Shown: in pieces, positions 21,185 through 30,771 of the stretch
Layout of the letters: each line of letters opens with the position of its first letter
Position numbering within the stretch: the stretch's first letter is position 1
Assembly (NCBI GenBank): GCA_963736115.1
Contig: CAVTNR010000009.1
Coordinates: forward strand, 64,001-128,000
DNA length: 64,000 nucleotides
Origin: an uncultured bacterium
GTDB taxonomy: Bacteria > Zhuqueibacterota > QNDG01 > DTFT01
Direction: 5' to 3'
Notes under the pieces: generated by a model
Databases searched by the model: none
What the model was told of the DNA's origin: nothing
The model's input: the letters and a program-made list of their open reading frames with translations, nothing else
Translations under genes and position numbers: made by a program

Positions 21185-21604
21185 ATGGAAAAAGTGACGA
21201 GAGAAAAACAGCTGAAAATCACGACGGAGAACCGGCCGGGCACGCTCTCCGAGATCACCGGCCTGATCGCCGCGGACGGCGTCAATATCGAGAATTTCTG
21301 CGCCTACTCCTGCGGTGGACAGGCGATTCTGCACCTGATCACGAGCGACAACGGAAAAGCCGGCCGGGCGCTTGAAGGCCGCGGATTCCACATCGAGGAA
21401 CAGGAAGTGATCCTGCTCAGACTGTGGAACCGGCCGGGCACGCTGGCCTCGGTCACGTCTCGGCTGAAGCCGCACGGCATCAATCTGGATCACATCTACG
21501 GGACGAGCTCCATGGCCGGGGAGCGGATCACGGCGGTTTTCTCATCGGACGACAACGAGAAGGCGCTGGAGATTTTCAACTCGCTGGTGGTGGAGGAAAG
21601 CTGA
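21185..21604 (+). CDS. Tandem ACT domain (amino acid-binding) protein
   Basis: ENRPGTLSEITGLIAADGVNIE and NRPGTLASVTSRLKPHGINLDHIY. Confidence 0.88.
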   Translation: MEKVTREKQLKITTENRPGTLSEITGLIAADGVNIENFCAYSCGGQAILHLITSDNGKAGRALEGRGFHIEEQEVILLRLWNRPGTLASVTSRLKPHGINLDHIYGTSSMAGERITAVFSSDDNEKALEIFNSLVVEES

Positions 21605-21648
21605 AGACACAGAAAAATATTTTTGTAAATTAACACATTCCTGTTTCC

Positions 21649-21795
21649 GCAGGGGCGACGCATCGCGTCGCCCCTGCGACGGTGAAACATCCCCCCAACC
21701 ATTGTTTGACAAAAAATCCTTTGATTTCCTAAAAATCTTTAGATACGTTCAAACATCCCTGTTTCCGTAGGGGCGATGCGGCGCATCGCCCCGAC
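21649..21795. repeat. Pair of GTAG-type REP palindromes in direct orientation
   Basis: cctgtttcc+gcaggggcgacgcatcgcgtcgcccctgc (21649) and cctgtttcc+gtaggggcgatgcggcgcatcgccccgac (21767). Confidence 0.7.
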
Positions 21796-21821
21796 AATGC
21801 CGAAAACCCGGAGGAACGGCC

Positions 21822-22115
21822 ATGCACTGCCGCCCGGGATGCGGGGCCTGCTGTATCGGCCTCTCCATCTCCTCCCCCATACCCGGCATGCCGCACGGCA
21901 AGCCGGCCGGGGTCCGCTGTATCCAGCTGACGAAAGACAACCTCTGCCGTCTGTTCGGTTCTCCGGACCGGCCGCCGGTATGCGTCCGCCTGCGGCCGAT
22001 GACCGAGATGTGCGGAGAAACCATGGAAGAGGCGCTGGCCTATCTGGAAAAGCTGGAGGCGGAAACCCGGCCCGGGTCCATTCCCACAGAAGAACCGGAA
22101 GACCGGTTGTCCTGA
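21822..22115 (+). CDS. YkgJ family CxxCxxCC cysteine cluster protein
   Basis: MHCRPGCGACCI...PGMPHGKPAGVRC...CRLFGSPDRPPVC. Confidence 0.9.
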   Translation: MHCRPGCGACCIGLSISSPIPGMPHGKPAGVRCIQLTKDNLCRLFGSPDRPPVCVRLRPMTEMCGETMEEALAYLEKLEAETRPGSIPTEEPEDRLS

Positions 22116-22218
22116 AGGGAAGTCCGACCCGGCCCGCGGCTGTAACCTCTCTCCTGAACCGGCCGTATATAATGATGTGCCTTCCCTCCGCATCCCTTGA
22201 ATGAAGGAGAATCCCGAA

Positions 22219-25200
22219 ATGAAACGCCTGCTCCGGATCCTTCCCCTGGTTGCGCTCGGCTTTCTGGCCGTGCCGCCGGTCTTTTCCGTGGATCTGAACC
22301 TGATCGAAAACCCCGGTTTCGAAAAAACGTCCATTCCGTTCGTATCGGATTTCGAGTCGAGCCGGTTTGAAGTGTCCGGAAAGGCGTTTCACACCGGCAG
22401 GAAATCCCTGCTCTTTTCTCCCCTGAAAGAGGGCGCGGGCGTAGCCATCGACGTGTCCGCGATGGTAAAGCCGGGATTCGCGTATGCGTTCAGCGCATGG
22501 TTCCGCAACGCGGAACTCGGCTGGGGCCAGGCGGACCTGTTTTTAAACGCCGGCAGGGCCGGGAAGAACGAATCCATTCCCATCGGACGGTCGGACTGCA
22601 ATGAAAAGGACTGGAAAGCGTTTTCCGGTCTCTTCGCTGTTCCGCAGGACGCGGATCCCTCGACCTTCCGTATCGTAATCAAAACAGCCTGGGGCATGAA
22701 CGCCTTTTTCATGGATGATGTCGAGCTCCGGCCTTCGCTCCAAATCTCCGTGGAGACAACGGAACCGGCCCTGTGCCTCAGGCTCGGCCCGCCGGACCCG
22801 GACCGGACCGGGATCCGCGGACGCATCGAGATATTCGGAGATGAAGGGAAACCGGTCGGTTCCGCGGACCAGCCGCTGGATGTCCCGCTGAAAACCGTAT
22901 TGCCGGCCGGATTCTATCGAGCGGCCGCCTCATTGACTGATTTGGACGGCAGACGATTCGAGACCGAAGAACCGTTCTTCAGCGGCGAACCGGCCGCACT
23001 CATGGACAGCCTGAACCTGAAATCAGAGGCCCTCATTCAGGAGGCGGACAAGGCCGCCTACCGTGGATGGATCCGGTACCTTCAATACCGGATTTCCTGG
23101 TACCGGAAAACCGAAGGTGATGTTTCCGAAAGGGCGCTTCTCGCAGCCCACCGTCTGGCGGTCTGGATGCGGACGATCCGGGACAATCCTTCCGCGATCG
23201 ACACGTTTTCCGGCGTGCGGGAATGGGCGTACGGCTCACCGGCCGACGATTCGGGTCAGCCATTCAAGATCGCAATACCGGCCGGCTACGATAAAAACCG
23301 GACGTATCCGCTGGTCGTGGTGTTGCACGGATACGGCGGAAACCACCTGGAATACTCCGGCGGCATGGCGAGCCATCCTGATTTCTTCGAGCTCGACGTT
23401 CTCGGCCGTGCCCGCGGGGGCGGATACACCGATCTGTCCGAAGCGGACGTGCTCGACGCGGTCGATTACGTCCGGCAGCACTGGCGCATCGACGACGACC
23501 GCATCCACCTGACCGGCGCGAGCATGGGCGGCGGCGGTACGTTCAAGCTGTCCGTGCGCTATCCGGACCGCTGGGCTTCCGGCCGGCCCGTATGCGGATA
23601 CGGCACCGACCTGCCGTTCCGCAACGCGCTCACCGTGCCCCTGTATTCCACGCACAGCCAGGACGACCCCACCGTACCCGTGCTCGGATCCCGCGCGCCC
23701 CTGCGAAGACTCGCCGATGCCGGCGGCCGAGCCGTCATCGACGAGACCGACGGCCTTCAGCACGCGGCGTGGAATTACACGGAAGGGAACGCGCGCGCGG
23801 CGGAGTGGTCGAAGAGCCAGGTCCGGCCGAAGTCCCGCGACGTCCGCAGGATCGACTTCACGGCTCTGGACCGCAAATCCTGCGGCGCCTTCTGGCTCCG
23901 CATCTCGGAATGGGGGGACGATCCCCTGCCGGCCCGGTTCCAGGCGTCCGCCGGCCCGGACAACCGGCTGTACCTCCGGACGGAAAACATACGGACCTTC
24001 GGCATCCGCATTCCGGATTCTCCGTTCGACCAAACGAAGGATCTGGCCGTATCGGTCAACGGAGCCGTGTTTGTCACGGCTGCCGCGCCCCTTCCGGATT
24101 CCCTGTTCATCAACCGTGAAAAGGGCGTCTGGTCGGTCTCGCCTGTCTGGGCGCGGCGTCCCGCATTCGCGCTCCGCACAGGCGGAGGCGTTCACAATCT
24201 CTATGCCGGCGAACCGCTCCTGATCGTGTACGGCACGGCCGGAACCGATGAGGCCCGCAGGGCCATGGCGCTCGCGGCCGAGGCCGCGTCGAAGAGTCCG
24301 CATCCGCTCTGGGCCGCGGACGGGGGCGATATCAAGGACGGCGTGCCCAGCCATCACAACCTGTACGCCCGGCTGAAAACCAAGCCCGACACCGCGGTCA
24401 CCGCATCGGACCTCGCGGCCTGCCATCTGGTGCTCATCGGCAGACAGGACCAGAACCGGCTGGTGGCGAAAATGGCGGACCGCCTCCCGGTCCGTTTCGA
24501 CGGATGGATCACCTGCTCGGACGGAAAGCGGATACCGGCCGGTAAAGCCGTCATGGGCGTTTACCATCACAATCCCCTGGCGCCGCACCGTCTCATCGAC
24601 TGGGTGTCCGCGGAAAGGCCCGAGGATTACCGTCCCAGTCATTTCCTGCTGAGACTGCAGGACCAGTCCTATTCCGGGCCGGACCTGCTGGTCGTTCAGG
24701 ACGACCCGCCCAGAATCGTCCAGACCCGCAGTTTCACGAGCCGGTGGGAATGGAACACGGAACCGGAAAAAGCCTCCCTTCTGTCGCAGGCCGACTGCCT
24801 GTACGGTAACCTGGTCCGGACCGTGTCCGAGGCCGAACGCAGAGCCGTGGGCGCGGATTTTTCGCTGGCGGCCATGACCGCGCCGCCTCTCTTCGAATTG
24901 TTCACGCCCGGCGTCACCCGCTGGTTCGACATCACGGTGCTGGACCAGAACACGCCGATCGCGGTGTTCAGCCTGAAGGGATCCGAACTGCTCGACTATG
25001 GCGCGGGTTTCACGGGACAGGGATCCGGGATGCGGTTCTACCCCGAACCGAAAGCGGGGGAAATCATCCCCGGACGGACGTACCGTGTGGCGACGGAAGC
25101 CTCCTTCGATATCATGCAGAGGCTCATCAATCTGCGGAACCGCGTACCCGAGGATTTCGAGTTGACGGACGTGAAAGTCCGGCAGGCCGTTCAGCGGTAC

Positions 25201-25221
25201 CTTTTTCAATCAACTCCATGA
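22219..25221 (+). CDS. Secreted multidomain alpha/beta hydrolase (CBM4/9-like N-terminus, esterase/peptidase core)
   Basis: Signal peptide; NLIENPGFE; YPLVVVLHGYG; nucleophile elbow GASMGG; HSQDDPTV and GLQH. Confidence 0.75.
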   Translation: MKRLLRILPLVALGFLAVPPVFSVDLNLIENPGFEKTSIPFVSDFESSRFEVSGKAFHTGRKSLLFSPLKEGAGVAIDVSAMVKPGFAYAFSAWFRNAELGWGQADLFLNAGRAGKNESIPIGRSDCNEKDWKAFSGLFAVPQDADPSTFRIVIKTAWGMNAFFMDDVELRPSLQISVETTEPALCLRLGPPDPDRTGIRGRIEIFGDEGKPVGSADQPLDVPLKTVLPAGFYRAAASLTDLDGRRFETEEPFFSGEPAALMDSLNLKSEALIQEADKAAYRGWIRYLQYRISWYRKTEGDVSERALLAAHRLAVWMRTIRDNPSAIDTFSGVREWAYGSPADDSGQPFKIAIPAGYDKNRTYPLVVVLHGYGGNHLEYSGGMASHPDFFELDVLGRARGGGYTDLSEADVLDAVDYVRQHWRIDDDRIHLTGASMGGGGTFKLSVRYPDRWASGRPVCGYGTDLPFRNALTVPLYSTHSQDDPTVPVLGSRAPLRRLADAGGRAVIDETDGLQHAAWNYTEGNARAAEWSKSQVRPKSRDVRRIDFTALDRKSCGAFWLRISEWGDDPLPARFQASAGPDNRLYLRTENIRTFGIRIPDSPFDQTKDLAVSVNGAVFVTAAAPLPDSLFINREKGVWSVSPVWARRPAFALRTGGGVHNLYAGEPLLIVYGTAGTDEARRAMALAAEAASKSPHPLWAADGGDIKDGVPSHHNLYARLKTKPDTAVTASDLAACHLVLIGRQDQNRLVAKMADRLPVRFDGWITCSDGKRIPAGKAVMGVYHHNPLAPHRLIDWVSAERPEDYRPSHFLLRLQDQSYSGPDLLVVQDDPPRIVQTRSFTSRWEWNTEPEKASLLSQADCLYGNLVRTVSEAERRAVGADFSLAAMTAPPLFELFTPGVTRWFDITVLDQNTPIAVFSLKGSELLDYGAGFTGQGSGMRFYPEPKAGEIIPGRTYRVATEASFDIMQRLINLRNRVPEDFELTDVKVRQAVQRYLFQSTP

Positions 25222-25249
25222 CCGTACAATAAAAAGCCTTTCGCCACTC

Positions 25250-25286
25250 AACCTCCCGCAGGCTCGAACAGCCTGCGGGAGGTTTT
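25250..25286 (+). terminator. Terminator / AACCTCCCG palindrome
   Basis: aacctcccgcaggctcgaacagcctgcgggaggtttt. Confidence 0.65.
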
Positions 25287-25340
25287 CCCCTGCTTCGGCA
25301 ATCGTCCATCGTCATTGTTTTCATCATTTTCCCCTGGCAT

Positions 25341-25368
25341 TTGACCGAAAAATTTAGTACGCTAAGAT
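25341..25368 (+). promoter_or_regulatory. Putative sigma-70 promoter
   Basis: TTGACC-N16-TAAGAT upstream of ATG 25420. Confidence 0.5.
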
Positions 25369-25419
25369 GCGGTAATACAATCATCTGACACGTAATCCGG
25401 CCTGCGAGGCGCCGCCTTC

Positions 25420-28400
25420 ATGCCCCAGAGTTTCAACAAATCCCTTCCCCATGCCGACCCCCTGTGGGTCGAGCACGGCTATGGCACCCGATTCCAGGGC
25501 TTCCAGAACCTCATGCGGATGCGCATCCGCGACATTCTACTCGTGTCGAGCCTTTACGACCTCTTCGTTTTCGAGGAGGACGGCCGGCTCTACGAACTGC
25601 TCCGCAGCAAGTACCAGGGCCTCAATCTCAGTCATTCCCCGGAGCTCACCCGTGTGGGCAACGGCAAGGAGGCCGTCTCCCTGCTCCAGGAAGAGAAGCG
25701 GTTCGACCTCGTTCTCACCACCCTGCACATCGAGGACATGCGGCCCGCGATTTTCGCGAAAACCCTGCGCGAAGCCGGCATCCGCGTGCCCGTGGTGCTC
25801 ATCGCCTTCGACAACCGCGAGCTGTCCGACCTCCTCCTCTACCGCGAAGCAGACGCGTTCGACGACATTTTCATCTGGCAGGGCGATTTTCAGCTCCTCA
25901 TCGCCATCATCAAGAGCCTCGAGGACCGGCTGAACGTGGACCACGACACCCATCTCGTGGGCGTCCAGTCCATCCTGATCATCGAGAACGATGTCCGCTA
26001 CTATTCCTCCCTGCTGCCGCACCTGTACATTGAGATCATGAACCAGTCGCGCCGGCTCATTTCCGAGGGCATCAACCTGTCGCACCGGCAGCTGCGCCAG
26101 CGCGCGCGTCCCAAAATCCTGTTCTGCAAGAATTACGAGGACGCCTGGACCGTCTTTTCCAAGTACAAGGACAACATCCTCGGCGTCATCTCCGACATCG
26201 ACTTCCCGCGCGGGGGCAAGCCCGATCCCGAGGCGGGCATCGATTTCACCCGGGCCCTGAAGCGCGAGAATGCGGACATCCCGGTGCTTCTCCATTCGAG
26301 CCTGCCCAACTCCGAGCGGAAGGCGAACGCGGTCGGCGCCTCCTTTCTGCGGAAGAATTCCCCGACCTTGATCGAGGGACTCCGCCGTTTCCTCATCGAA
26401 CAACTCAGCTTCGGCGATTTCGTGTTCCGCACGCCGGACGGCCGCGAGGCCGGCCGCGCGCAGGACCTGCTCTCGCTCGAGCAGGTCCTGCAGACCGTTC
26501 CCGAAAGCAGTATCGTATACCACTCCGAGCGGAACCATTTCTCCCACTGGCTCAAGGCCCGCACCGAATTCTGGCTCGCGCACAAGCTCCGGCCCCGCAA
26601 GATCAGCGACTATCCCTCGGTGTCCGTGGCCCGGGACGCCCTGATCGCGTCCCTGCGCGAGTACCGTAAGCTCCGACAGCGCGGCATCATCACCGCGTTC
26701 GAGAGCGACTCGTTCGACCCCTATTCCAGCCTGTCCAAGGTCGGGGGCGGCGCTCTGGGCGGCAAGGCCCGCGGCCTGAGCTTTGTCAATATCCTGATCA
26801 ACAACTACAACGTGCAAAACCGCTTCGAGGGCGTCAAAATCTACATCCCGCCCGCGCTCCTGATCGGGACGGACATCTTCGATCAGTTTCTCGACGACAA
26901 CCGACTCCGCGACTTCGCGGTCGAGGAGACGGACGACGCGGAAATCCTCGCCCGCTTCCTGGCCGCGCGTGTTTTCCCGGCGGAAATCATGAACAGTCTG
27001 GCCGCCTTCGTCTCTTTGATCAATGCGCCCCTGGCCGTGCGCTCCTCGTCGGTTCTGGAGGATTCGCACAACCACCCGTTCGCCGGCGTGTACAAGACCT
27101 TCATGCTGCCCAACACGGACCCCGATCCCGCCCGCCGGCTCGCCGAGCTCGTCAAGGCCATTGTGCGGGTGTACGCGTCCATGTTCTTCCGTTCGGCCAA
27201 GGACTACATCCGCGCCACCTCGTTCCGTTTCGAGGACGAGAAAATGGCCGTCATTGTGCAGAAGATGACGGGATCCCGCCTGAACAGCCGGTTCTACCCC
27301 ACCTTCTCCGGAGTCGCGCGGTCGTACAATTTCTATCCGATGGGGCCGCAGAAATATTCGGACGGCATCGCGGCCGTGGCCCTGGGTCTCGGTAAAACCG
27401 TGGTGGAGGGCGGCGCGGCGGTCCGCTTCTGCCCCAAGTATCCCGAGCAGACCGAAGGGAACCTGCTCAACAAGTCGGCGATGAGAAGCGCGCAGACCGA
27501 ATTCTTCGCGCTGGACCTCGAAGCGCGGGATACGCCGGACAGCGAGATGAAGGATTATTTCGTGAAGCCCTATCCCCTGTCGGATGCCGAAACGGACGGC
27601 AGTCTGAACTGGGTCGCCTCGACCTGGTCGGCCGACAACGACGCCCTGACCGACGGGATCGGCCGCCCCGGCCTGCGCGTGGTCTCCTTCGCGCCGATCC
27701 TGAAAAGCCGGGTCTTTCCGTTGACGGACATCCTCGAGCTTCTGCTCGACATGGGCGGCTGGAGCATGGGCACTCCGGTCGAGATCGAATTCGCCGTCAA
27801 CCTGGCCGTGCCGCCGGGCCGGCCGAAGGAGTTCAGCCTCCTGCAGATGCGGCCCATGGTGCTCAACCGGGAGCTCGAAGTCCTGAACCTCGAGGAATTC
27901 CCGCGGGAGAACCAGATCTGCCGGTCCTGCCGGGTCCTGGGAAACGGCATCCTCCGCGACCTGTACGACATCGTGCTCGTGCACCGGGACAAGTTCGAGC
28001 GGGCGAAAAGCCAGGAGACGGCCGCCGAGATCGCCCGGTTCAACGCCCGCCTGACCGGAGAGAACCGGAAATACGTGCTGGTGGGCGTCGGCCGCTGGGG
28101 AAGTATGGATCCCTGGCTGGGCATCCCGGTGACCTGGGACATGATCTCCGGGGCGCGCGCCATCGTCGAGGCTGGATTCCGCGACTTTTCCGTGATGCCG
28201 TCCCAGGGCTCGCATTTCTTCCAGAACCTCAACTCCTTTCTGGTCGGCTATTACACGGTTCCGGAGGAGGATGGGGAAAATTTCATCGACTGGGACTGGC
28301 TGCTCGCCCAGCCGGCCGCGGACGAGTCGCGGTGCGTTCGCCACCTGCGCTTCGAAAAGCCCGTGGTGGTGATGATGAGCGGCCACCAGAATCGCGGCAT

Positions 28401-28437
28401 CATCCTGAAACCGGAGGACCGGCGTGCAGGAACGTGA
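25420..28437 (+). CDS. Receiver-like domains fused to a PEP/pyruvate-binding (PPDK_N, ATP-grasp) domain; PEP synthase-like protein
   Basis: Two degenerate REC-like domains; GGKARGL, AVRSSSVLEDS...FAGVYKT, MAVIVQ, VEIEFA, LLQMRP; no phosphohistidine swivel motif seen. Confidence 0.85.
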   Translation: MPQSFNKSLPHADPLWVEHGYGTRFQGFQNLMRMRIRDILLVSSLYDLFVFEEDGRLYELLRSKYQGLNLSHSPELTRVGNGKEAVSLLQEEKRFDLVLTTLHIEDMRPAIFAKTLREAGIRVPVVLIAFDNRELSDLLLYREADAFDDIFIWQGDFQLLIAIIKSLEDRLNVDHDTHLVGVQSILIIENDVRYYSSLLPHLYIEIMNQSRRLISEGINLSHRQLRQRARPKILFCKNYEDAWTVFSKYKDNILGVISDIDFPRGGKPDPEAGIDFTRALKRENADIPVLLHSSLPNSERKANAVGASFLRKNSPTLIEGLRRFLIEQLSFGDFVFRTPDGREAGRAQDLLSLEQVLQTVPESSIVYHSERNHFSHWLKARTEFWLAHKLRPRKISDYPSVSVARDALIASLREYRKLRQRGIITAFESDSFDPYSSLSKVGGGALGGKARGLSFVNILINNYNVQNRFEGVKIYIPPALLIGTDIFDQFLDDNRLRDFAVEETDDAEILARFLAARVFPAEIMNSLAAFVSLINAPLAVRSSSVLEDSHNHPFAGVYKTFMLPNTDPDPARRLAELVKAIVRVYASMFFRSAKDYIRATSFRFEDEKMAVIVQKMTGSRLNSRFYPTFSGVARSYNFYPMGPQKYSDGIAAVALGLGKTVVEGGAAVRFCPKYPEQTEGNLLNKSAMRSAQTEFFALDLEARDTPDSEMKDYFVKPYPLSDAETDGSLNWVASTWSADNDALTDGIGRPGLRVVSFAPILKSRVFPLTDILELLLDMGGWSMGTPVEIEFAVNLAVPPGRPKEFSLLQMRPMVLNRELEVLNLEEFPRENQICRSCRVLGNGILRDLYDIVLVHRDKFERAKSQETAAEIARFNARLTGENRKYVLVGVGRWGSMDPWLGIPVTWDMISGARAIVEAGFRDFSVMPSQGSHFFQNLNSFLVGYYTVPEEDGENFIDWDWLLAQPAADESRCVRHLRFEKPVVVMMSGHQNRGIILKPEDRRAGT

Positions 28438-28612
28438 AAAAAGTCCCGACACGTGCCCGCATTGCGGAAGGCCCCTCAGCCCCTGGGAGCAGGTGCTGCT
28501 GAGCGTGGATCGCGCCATCATGTGCAAGGGGTGCTGGTACCGGATCATCCTCGACACGTTCGAGGACCGGCTTTCCGAAACCCCGCCTTCCCCTCCCGAA
28601 GAGAGGAGTTAG
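28424..28612 (+). CDS. Small CxxC...CxxC zinc-finger protein
   Basis: CPHCGRPL...IMCKGCW; GGAGG RBS before the GTG start; start overlaps the upstream stop and the stop lies 3 bp before the next ATG. Confidence 0.7.
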   Translation: MQEREKSPDTCPHCGRPLSPWEQVLLSVDRAIMCKGCWYRIILDTFEDRLSETPPSPPEERS

Positions 28613-28615
28613 GCC

Positions 28616-29860
28616 ATGGAATCCTTCAATCCCTTCGAAGTCGCGCAAAAGCAGGTGCTGGAGGCCGCGCATCTGCTGAACCTGGACGAGCCGACGCGGG
28701 AACTCCTGCTCTGGCCCCAGCGCGAGTTCAAGTTCACGGTGCCCGTGAAAATGGATGGCGGTGGAACCCGCGTGTTCCACGGATACCGGATCCAGTACAA
28801 CACGGCGAGAGGCCCCGCGAAGGGCGGCATCCGGTTCCATCCGGACGAGACCGTCGACACGATCCGGGCGCTGGCCTGCTGGATGACGTGCAAGACCGCC
28901 GTGGCCGACCTGCCGCTCGGCGGCGGAAAGGGCGGCGTGGTCTGCGACACGAAACGCATGTCCGAGGGCGAACTCGAGCGGCTGTCGCGCGCCTACGTGC
29001 GCGCCGCGGCCCCGCTCATCGGCCCCGACCGGGACGTCCCGGCGCCCGACATGTACACCAATCCCCAGATCATGGCCTGGATGATGGACGAGTACGAGAC
29101 CCTGACCGGCCGTCACGCGCCGGGTATTCTCACGGACAAGCCCAAGCAGATCGGCGGAACCGAAGGCCGGCGGGACGCCACGGCTCGGGGAGGCGTGATC
29201 ACGGTGCGCGAGGCCTGCCGGGCGCTGAACGTCGACCCGTGCGGCACATTCGCGGTGCAGGGGTTCGGAAACGCGGGCCAGCGGGCCGCGCTTCTGCACG
29301 AGGAGCTTCTGGGCGGCGGAAAATGCATCGCGGTCTGCGACTCGCGCGGCGGCCTGATCGATCCGGACGGGTTCGACGTCCGGGAACTGGTCCAGCACAA
29401 ATTGAAGACCGGGTCCCTGGCCGGATATCCGGGCAAGGCCGTGCCCCGCGAAGCCGTGCTGGAAACCGAGGCGGACATCCTCTACCCCGCGGCCATGGAA
29501 AACGCGATCACGTCCGAAAACGCGGGCCGGATCCGCGCGAAGATCGTGTGCGAGCTGGCGAACGGGCCCACGACGCCCGAAGCGGACCGGATTCTGCACC
29601 GGGCCGGGACTCATGTGATCCCGGACATCCTCGCCAGCGCGGGCGGTGTGACCGTGTCCTATTTCGAAATGGTGCAGGACGCCTATTCCTTTTTCTGGGA
29701 CGAAGCCACGGTTCACGCCCGGCTCGACCGCCAGCTGACGCGGGCCTATCACGCAGTGCAGGAGGCCATGGCTGAAAAAGGCGTTCACCCCAGGCTCGCC
29801 GCGACCACGGTCGCGGTTGCGCGCGTGGCTGAAGCCTGCAAGCTGAGGGGGTGGGTGTGA
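28616..29860 (+). CDS. Glu/Leu/Phe/Val dehydrogenase (second glutamate dehydrogenase, family II-like)
   Basis: GPAKGGIRFHP, LPLGGGKGG, DVPAPD, ATARG, QGFGNAG, ELANGP, PDILASAGGVTVSYFE. Confidence 0.92.
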   Translation: MESFNPFEVAQKQVLEAAHLLNLDEPTRELLLWPQREFKFTVPVKMDGGGTRVFHGYRIQYNTARGPAKGGIRFHPDETVDTIRALACWMTCKTAVADLPLGGGKGGVVCDTKRMSEGELERLSRAYVRAAAPLIGPDRDVPAPDMYTNPQIMAWMMDEYETLTGRHAPGILTDKPKQIGGTEGRRDATARGGVITVREACRALNVDPCGTFAVQGFGNAGQRAALLHEELLGGGKCIAVCDSRGGLIDPDGFDVRELVQHKLKTGSLAGYPGKAVPREAVLETEADILYPAAMENAITSENAGRIRAKIVCELANGPTTPEADRILHRAGTHVIPDILASAGGVTVSYFEMVQDAYSFFWDEATVHARLDRQLTRAYHAVQEAMAEKGVHPRLAATTVAVARVAEACKLRGWV

Positions 29861-29862
29861 AA

Positions 29863-29900
29863 AACGTTAGAACGCTAGCACGTTAAAACGTTCAAACGTT
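29863..29900 (+). repeat. Degenerate 8-bp tandem repeat (AACGTTNN x5)
   Basis: aacgttag aacgctag cacgttaa aacgttca aacgtt, directly after the GDH stop codon. Confidence 0.7.
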
Positions 29901-29985
29901 TCCGCCGTCGCCCTGAGCCGCGCCCGCTTGATTCGCTCCCGAAGGGCCTCCGGGCCGGGAATCCGGTTCCGAAATATCACCTGAA

Positions 29986-30753
29986 ATGGAACGTGCTGTC
30001 ATTCCGGAACATTCAAACGTCTTTCATCGCCCCATGATTCAGATCCTGAAAAATCCCCCCAACCCCTTCTCCGCCCCCCGAGGCGCGGGGAGCGCGGACG
30101 ATTTTCGTGTTCACGTGACCATTGCTTTCGTCATATCCGCTGCTGTTATGTCCCTGTCCGCGGTCCTGCTCCCCAGGGAATGGAGCGACACCCGTCCGCG
30201 GGCCCGGCTGTCGCCGGTCACCGTTCTGCCGTATCTGGATCTCATTCCCCTGGTCAATGCGGACGGCGGGGGCTACGGTTCCTCGACCGGCCCGCCGGAT
30301 CTCTCATCGCTCCAGTCATACGCGAACGCGGTCCCGGTGAAAGAGCCGCCGCCGGACACCAGCCGGTCGGTCCCGGCGGCCGGAGACGGGGGAGACGGAA
30401 CGGGAGGGGGAATGGGATTCGGAATCGGATCCGGCTCCGGCACCGGATCAGGATTCGGGAGCGGTCCGGGCATCGGCATCGACGTTCAGCCGGTGCCGGT
30501 GTGGGAGGTGTTTCCGGAATACCCGGAGCGTGAGCGGAAGCAGAAGGCCCGGGGACTGATCGAACTGGAAGTGCGGGTGGACGACCGGGGTCATGTCGAC
30601 AGCGTGCGCGTGGCTCGAAACGAAACCGGTAATCCGGCGCTCGAAGCTTCGGCCGTACGTGCGGCACGGGAGAGCCGTTACCTGCCCGTTGAAATCAACG
30701 GCCGGCCGGTCGCCTGCTGGTTCAGGCGATCGTACCGGTTCGAGGGCGATTGA
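29986..30753 (+). CDS. TonB family energy transducer
   Basis: One TM segment, Gly-rich linker, TonB_C motifs PEYPERERK..GLIELEVRVDDRG..GRPV; start uncertain. Confidence 0.85.
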   Translation: MERAVIPEHSNVFHRPMIQILKNPPNPFSAPRGAGSADDFRVHVTIAFVISAAVMSLSAVLLPREWSDTRPRARLSPVTVLPYLDLIPLVNADGGGYGSSTGPPDLSSLQSYANAVPVKEPPPDTSRSVPAAGDGGDGTGGGMGFGIGSGSGTGSGFGSGPGIGIDVQPVPVWEVFPEYPERERKQKARGLIELEVRVDDRGHVDSVRVARNETGNPALEASAVRAARESRYLPVEINGRPVACWFRRSYRFEGD

Positions 30754-30771
30754 TAGATAGGAGAACCGTTC

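Noticed and set aside
25537-28557. Long antisense ORFs (also 11956..14232, 19702..20988, 23236..25209, 40595..42253, 56731..58218)
   Set aside because: Shadow frames opposite well-supported genes, expected from GC-rich codon bias; no recognisable motifs.
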